Made by a program: the position numbers and the translations under genes. The notes beneath the pieces were generated by a model. The model searched no databases and had not been told where the DNA came from. It saw nothing but the letters and a program-made list of their open reading frames with translations. Shown here piece after piece: positions 30,387 to 34,346 of a stretch of DNA of 34,346 nucleotides; the stretch's first letter is position 1; the number at the start of each line of letters is the position of its first letter. The stretch comes from Cladosporium halotolerans. Taxonomy: Eukaryota. The DNA is taken from contig NW_027191494.1 of the NCBI RefSeq assembly GCF_011745625.1, positions 124,001 to 158,346 on the forward strand. Reading direction: 5' to 3'.

Positions 30387-32344
30387 CTATTTCTTCCCAC
30401 GCCCTCTCGCGTTCAAACTTTTGAGAGGATCGGCCCCTTTGCCCGCAGCAATCTTACCCTTTCCTCTCTTCTTGTTGAACTCCCTTGCCTTGCGGATTCT
30501 GTTCGTGCTATCCTTCCTCATGCCCACGAAACCAACATCCTTCTTGATCGCCGCTTTCCCTCCGCTTGGCAGGAGGTACTCCGGCACATGTCTCAAGTGG
30601 GGCTGCTGCCGTACCGCATGGCTCTCGGTGTCGTGTCTCAGGTGGCGAAGGTCCTCCGGATGCTCCTCGAAATGGCGTTGGAGCTTGGTGGAGTTGATCA
30701 GTTCCTGGCGCAGTTCCTTTGTTCGGGCCTCGCGGACGGCAATGCGAGTTACAGAGCGAATCGCATCTGCGAGACGGTACCGGAAGCCCTCCAGCTTGGA
30801 CGTGTCGAATTGCCATTCGTCAACTTGAGCACCGTGCTTGTTCTGGCGAGTCTTTATTCTTTCCAAAACCTTCTCGTCGTTCTCACATTGTGGTACAGTC
30901 GTGGACTTGTGCTTCTTATAGAGTTCTCTTGGAACGTAGAAGGACAGCGCCATGCCCTTTTGGCCTGCACGCGCAGTACGACCGATGCGATGAGTATACG
31001 ACTTCGCAGAAGTCGGCAGATCAAAGTTCAGTACGCAAGAGACGTGTCGGAAATCGATGCCGCGAGAAACTCCAAACTCGCGGTCTTCGCGACCAGCTTT
31101 ACGCTTTTTGCTAGGCGGCTGCTTGGAGTCGCCATCCTTCTTCTTGTCCTCGTTTTCCTCTTTGTCCGCCTGCTCATCTTCGTTCTCCCCATCCTCGACT
31201 GCATCTTCCATAGCTTCTTCTGGTTCCTCAGTCTTCTTACTCTTGCGCTTATTCTCAGATCCACCGACAACCTCATTGTCGTCCGCCGCGATGATGATAT
31301 CATAAACCCCGCGATTGAATTCGTCAACCGTGTGAAGCCTACTGTTTACAGGGAGTTCGGAGTTCAGGACACAGCTTCGGATGCCAAACTGTTCCAAAAA
31401 GAGCTTGATCCTATAGCAGCGATCGATATCGGCGACGAAGACAATCACCTTGCCCTTGATCAGCTGGAGTTTGAAGATGGCGTATATGAGCAAAAATTTC
31501 TCGTCCTCAGCGGTCTTCACAATGTACTGCGAAAGTTGCGGCGCCTCGGTAGCTTCCTGTTCAGAAAGGTCGAGGATTTCGGGTGAACCAGATTTGCAAA
31601 ACAGCGAAGTCAGCGAGTCGACCTCCGTCCGAAGAGTGGCCGACATAAGAATAGTCTGGACTCCTGTTGGCAGGCTGCTCGCGATGCTCTGCAAGTCTTC
31701 CTCATAGCCGTAGCTCAAAACCAAGTCCGCTTCATCAATGACCACATGAAGAAGATCGTTCGGCTTCAGCACATCGCTGCTGATCCACTGGCTGGCTCGG
31801 CTCGGCGTAGATATTACAATGTCCGGTTGCTCTAAGAGGCGAGCGCGTGTGACCGCAGAGTCTTCCTTCTTGGTCAAGTTCTCCGCCCGAATGTCTTGTG
31901 CGCAAAATGTTGTGAAGGTCTTGATCGTGGACGTGACCTGAGATGCCAACTCTTTTGTAGGTACCAGTAGCAGCGCAGATACAGCTTTGGGTGGCCTGGT
32001 TGAGGAGGCTTTGCGACGGAGAATAGAGTGAATTATCGGGAAAAGGTACGCAAGAGTCTTGCCGGAGCCTGTTTTCGAGCGAGCTGAACAGATGTTAGAA
32101 GGTATATCACAGTCGCATGATTTCGAGTCGCACCTAGAATATCTTTTCCACTCAAGGCCAAGGGGACTGTCGCAGCCTGAACTGCTGTAGGTTCCGAGAA
32201 CTTCTCACGAGTAATGGCTTGCAGAATGCGCGCATCCAGGCTCAAGCTGGCAAAGGTGGGTTTGGAATCTGTCGCGACCGCGGCCTCGCCAACCTCTGGC
32301 GTGATTGCTTCTGGCACATCTTCCGAGTTGAGTTTGCGTTTCAT
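30387..32344 (-). CDS. DBP9: ATP-dependent DEAD-box RNA helicase Dbp9 (DDX56); model complement(join(30387..32083,32134..32344)), 635 aa
   Basis: N-terminal MKRKL, Q motif PTAVQ, KTGSGKT, LVPTKELA, IDEADLVLSYGY, MSAT, NSELPVNSR, EFGVSRGIDF, YTHRIGRTARAG and a basic C-terminus ending DPLKSLNARGRGKK. Confidence 0.95.
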
Positions 32345-33003
32345 TTTGGTCTCAAATGGGCGGTTCGTGGTTATTGAGGCAGTTCCTGTGCGCAAGCAGC
32401 AAGCAAGACATGAACTTTCAGAGGCCGCTCCGCCTGAAGAAATTCTGCCGAACGCGGGCGGTGAAGCAAAGTCCAGCCGCCTCGGCCGGCTGCTCTCGGG
32501 GTTCGCGCGCTTCGGGAGACCCACAAACTCTGACCCTACCTTGACTTCACGGCACACTGGCGGGCCCAAGGGACCTGCTTTCTGCCTTCGTTCGCATCTT
32601 GCGCCTGCACCCTTTAGACTCCGTTGCCGTCTCCAGGTGTTCCTTGAATGCCAGAGTACTCGACGCCGGTCCCTGAGTTTTTCGACTACGCTTGATCATC
32701 AGAGCCTCTCCCCTTCGACTCCACTTGAATACTGGATGCGAGACCATTGTTTAACATTAGTTCGATGTGGTGTAACTCATAGATTTTGGAAAACTCATGG
32801 GATCAAGGAAGGAACAATCATATCTCAGCTACTGAAAAGGAACCCAAGTTATTTAGATTCAGAATCAATGCCTACTCCTGCAGAAAGAAATTCGTGAGTG
32901 CTGAAGACCGGATATTAGCTTCGAATTGGGTTCCAAGCCGTTCGTATGGTCTGCAAGGAGCTGGTCGTATATCATCATCAACATCAAGGTGCCGAGTCTC
33001 ACA

Positions 33004-34235
33004 TCAGGCGTCGCTGTCATCACTCCCTTCATCGTCATCATCGTCACCTTCGGCATCCTCCTCTCCCTCTTCGTCGTCTTCGCTCTCGTCTTCGCTCTCG
33101 TCTTCTTCCTCTCCCTCATCACTCTCCTCCTCGTCTTCATCATCGTCAGCATCATCATCATCCTTCGCTCTTCCCTTTCCTTTTGAATTTCCTCGGTCAA
33201 CGTCCTCTTCATCACTTCCTTCACCATCACTGGCCTCGTCTTCGTCCTGACTATCACTCTCGCTCGCACCATCAGCGCTGACGTCTTGGACTTTGACAGG
33301 CTTCTTCCCTTTCTTTGACGAAGAGTTCTTCATCTTCCAGACGTTGTCGAAGTGAGACAACAAGTGAGGCAAAGACTTCTCGCTCACGAGGCCGACGTTT
33401 CTCACCTTTATATTGTGTTGAATCGTGTGGACACTCGCTAGGTTGAGTCTGGACATTTCGTCGAGCTTCTCCATTGGATTGTCAGAGTTTACCTGAATTG
33501 CAGGCGCGCGCATACTTCCTTCGCCAAGTCTTTTGGGTAGTTCGTCGCGCTTGACATTCGAGCAATTTTTGCCAGTGTAAATGATCACATGCTCAGACTT
33601 GTCGACAGCTGGTGCCGACACCCCACGTCTTCCATAGGTCGAGATGGCCAGACCTGTGCAGAAATTTTTCCCTTCCCTGATGACAACGAATCTGCGTATC
33701 TTTGAAAAGATTGGTTGGCCTAACCGATCAAACACAGTCTTTCTTGAGACGACTGAGTTTCCCGCCGGTTCTGGCCAGAGTGCGGAGAACACTCTTCCGA
33801 CAACGAAGAAGTTTCGAGGCTTTCGCCGTACCTGGTACTCAGGCCATAGCTTCTCGCAGTCTCCTTCAGTCCCATAAAGCAAGGAGTCTGGAACGACTCC
33901 TTTCTGGCGCAGTTCTTTCGGAATGAGATCTTCACTCGGATAATGCTGTACCACAGCTTTCACGCCCGATCGCTCATCCTGCAAGGATTTCTTCCCTCCT
34001 TGCCTGTTGCTCACATCTTTGAGAGCTCTCGCAGATCCAGGATGCTTCGCTTGTACGAGCTGAGTCGGTGAGTCCTTATAGACTGCCATGTCACGAGAGG
34101 AAGTTGCTTGTTCCGAAGTAACTTTCAGATTACTCATCTGTGCCGTCAAAAGTTGCCCCGGTGGCGATTGAATGGGTGCTCTCCGGTTAATTCTCGTAGG
34201 CGGGGGGGCATTGTTTTGATTCGTGAACAAGTTCT
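33004..34235 (-). CDS. DUF6590-like domain protein with a long acidic C-terminal tail (last exon; 5' part outside the window)
   Basis: FFVVGRVFSALWPEPAG, FSKIRRFVVI, ISTYGRRGV, EHVIIYTG and SRLNLASVHTIQHNIKVRNVGLV match my recollection of the ascomycete DUF6590 pattern. A splice acceptor CTGACATACTCCCAG lies at 34250-34236. The tail at 33007-33270 is D/E-rich. Confidence 0.75.
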
Positions 34236-34267
34236 CTGGGAGTATGTCAGAGAGTACACCGACAGTC

Positions 34268-34311
34268 CATTATGTTCATTATGTTCATTACGTCATGTCA
34301 TGTTCATCATT
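34268..34311 (+). repeat. Degenerate tandem repeat (CATTATGTT)n in a presumed intron
   Basis: cattatgttcattatgttcattacgtcatgtcatgttcatcat read directly. Confidence 0.6.
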
Positions 34312-34346
34312 CCGACATGATATGAACATGGATGTCTGGGAATGAA

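Noticed and set aside
30369..31586. 405-aa ORF on the plus strand
   Set aside because: It lies antisense to DBP9, has no recognisable motifs, and is a typical shadow ORF.
32786..33281. Poly-Ser, poly-His and hydrophobic ORFs
   Set aside because: They are alternative-frame readings of the GAY/GAR acidic tail of the DUF6590-like gene.
1..34346. CRISPR arrays, tRNA/rRNA genes, transposons, telomeric repeats and RIP-degraded AT-rich blocks
   Set aside because: By eye I saw no spaced direct repeats, structural RNA signatures, transposase/RT motifs, terminal repeats or AT-rich tracts. Small ncRNAs cannot be excluded without a covariance-model search.

Overview
This is eukaryotic DNA from a gene-dense euchromatic region of a filamentous ascomycete. 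Short GT-AG introns with CTRAC/CTAAT branch points support this, and the gene content suggests a Dothideomycete (inference). About 16 protein-coding genes can be built by hand, in order: two orphan C-terminally membrane-anchored proteins, a Cys-rich F-box-like protein, a C2H2/fungal-MHR transcription factor, a non-RD protein kinase, ILV5 (ketol-acid reductoisomerase), a PPxY-containing hypothetical protein, a Soa1/AstA-like MFS transporter, an F-box-like hypothetical, a YwrD/HpxW-type gamma-glutamyltranspeptidase, a patatin phospholipase with C-terminal zinc fingers, a Zn2Cys6 factor divergent from a cupin, the DEAD-box helicase DBP9 and a partial DUF6590-like gene. I found no rRNA, tRNA, CRISPR, transposon or secondary-metabolite backbone gene. 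The most notable observations are a DUF6590-like domain whose motif order resembles MazF/PemK ribonucleases, a patatin-zinc finger fusion, four sharp C/A-to-G/T skew switches inside genes, a single frameshift plus a GC-AG intron in the MFS gene, and Gcn4/Leu3-type sites upstream of ILV5. All family assignments come from motif recognition, not database searches.
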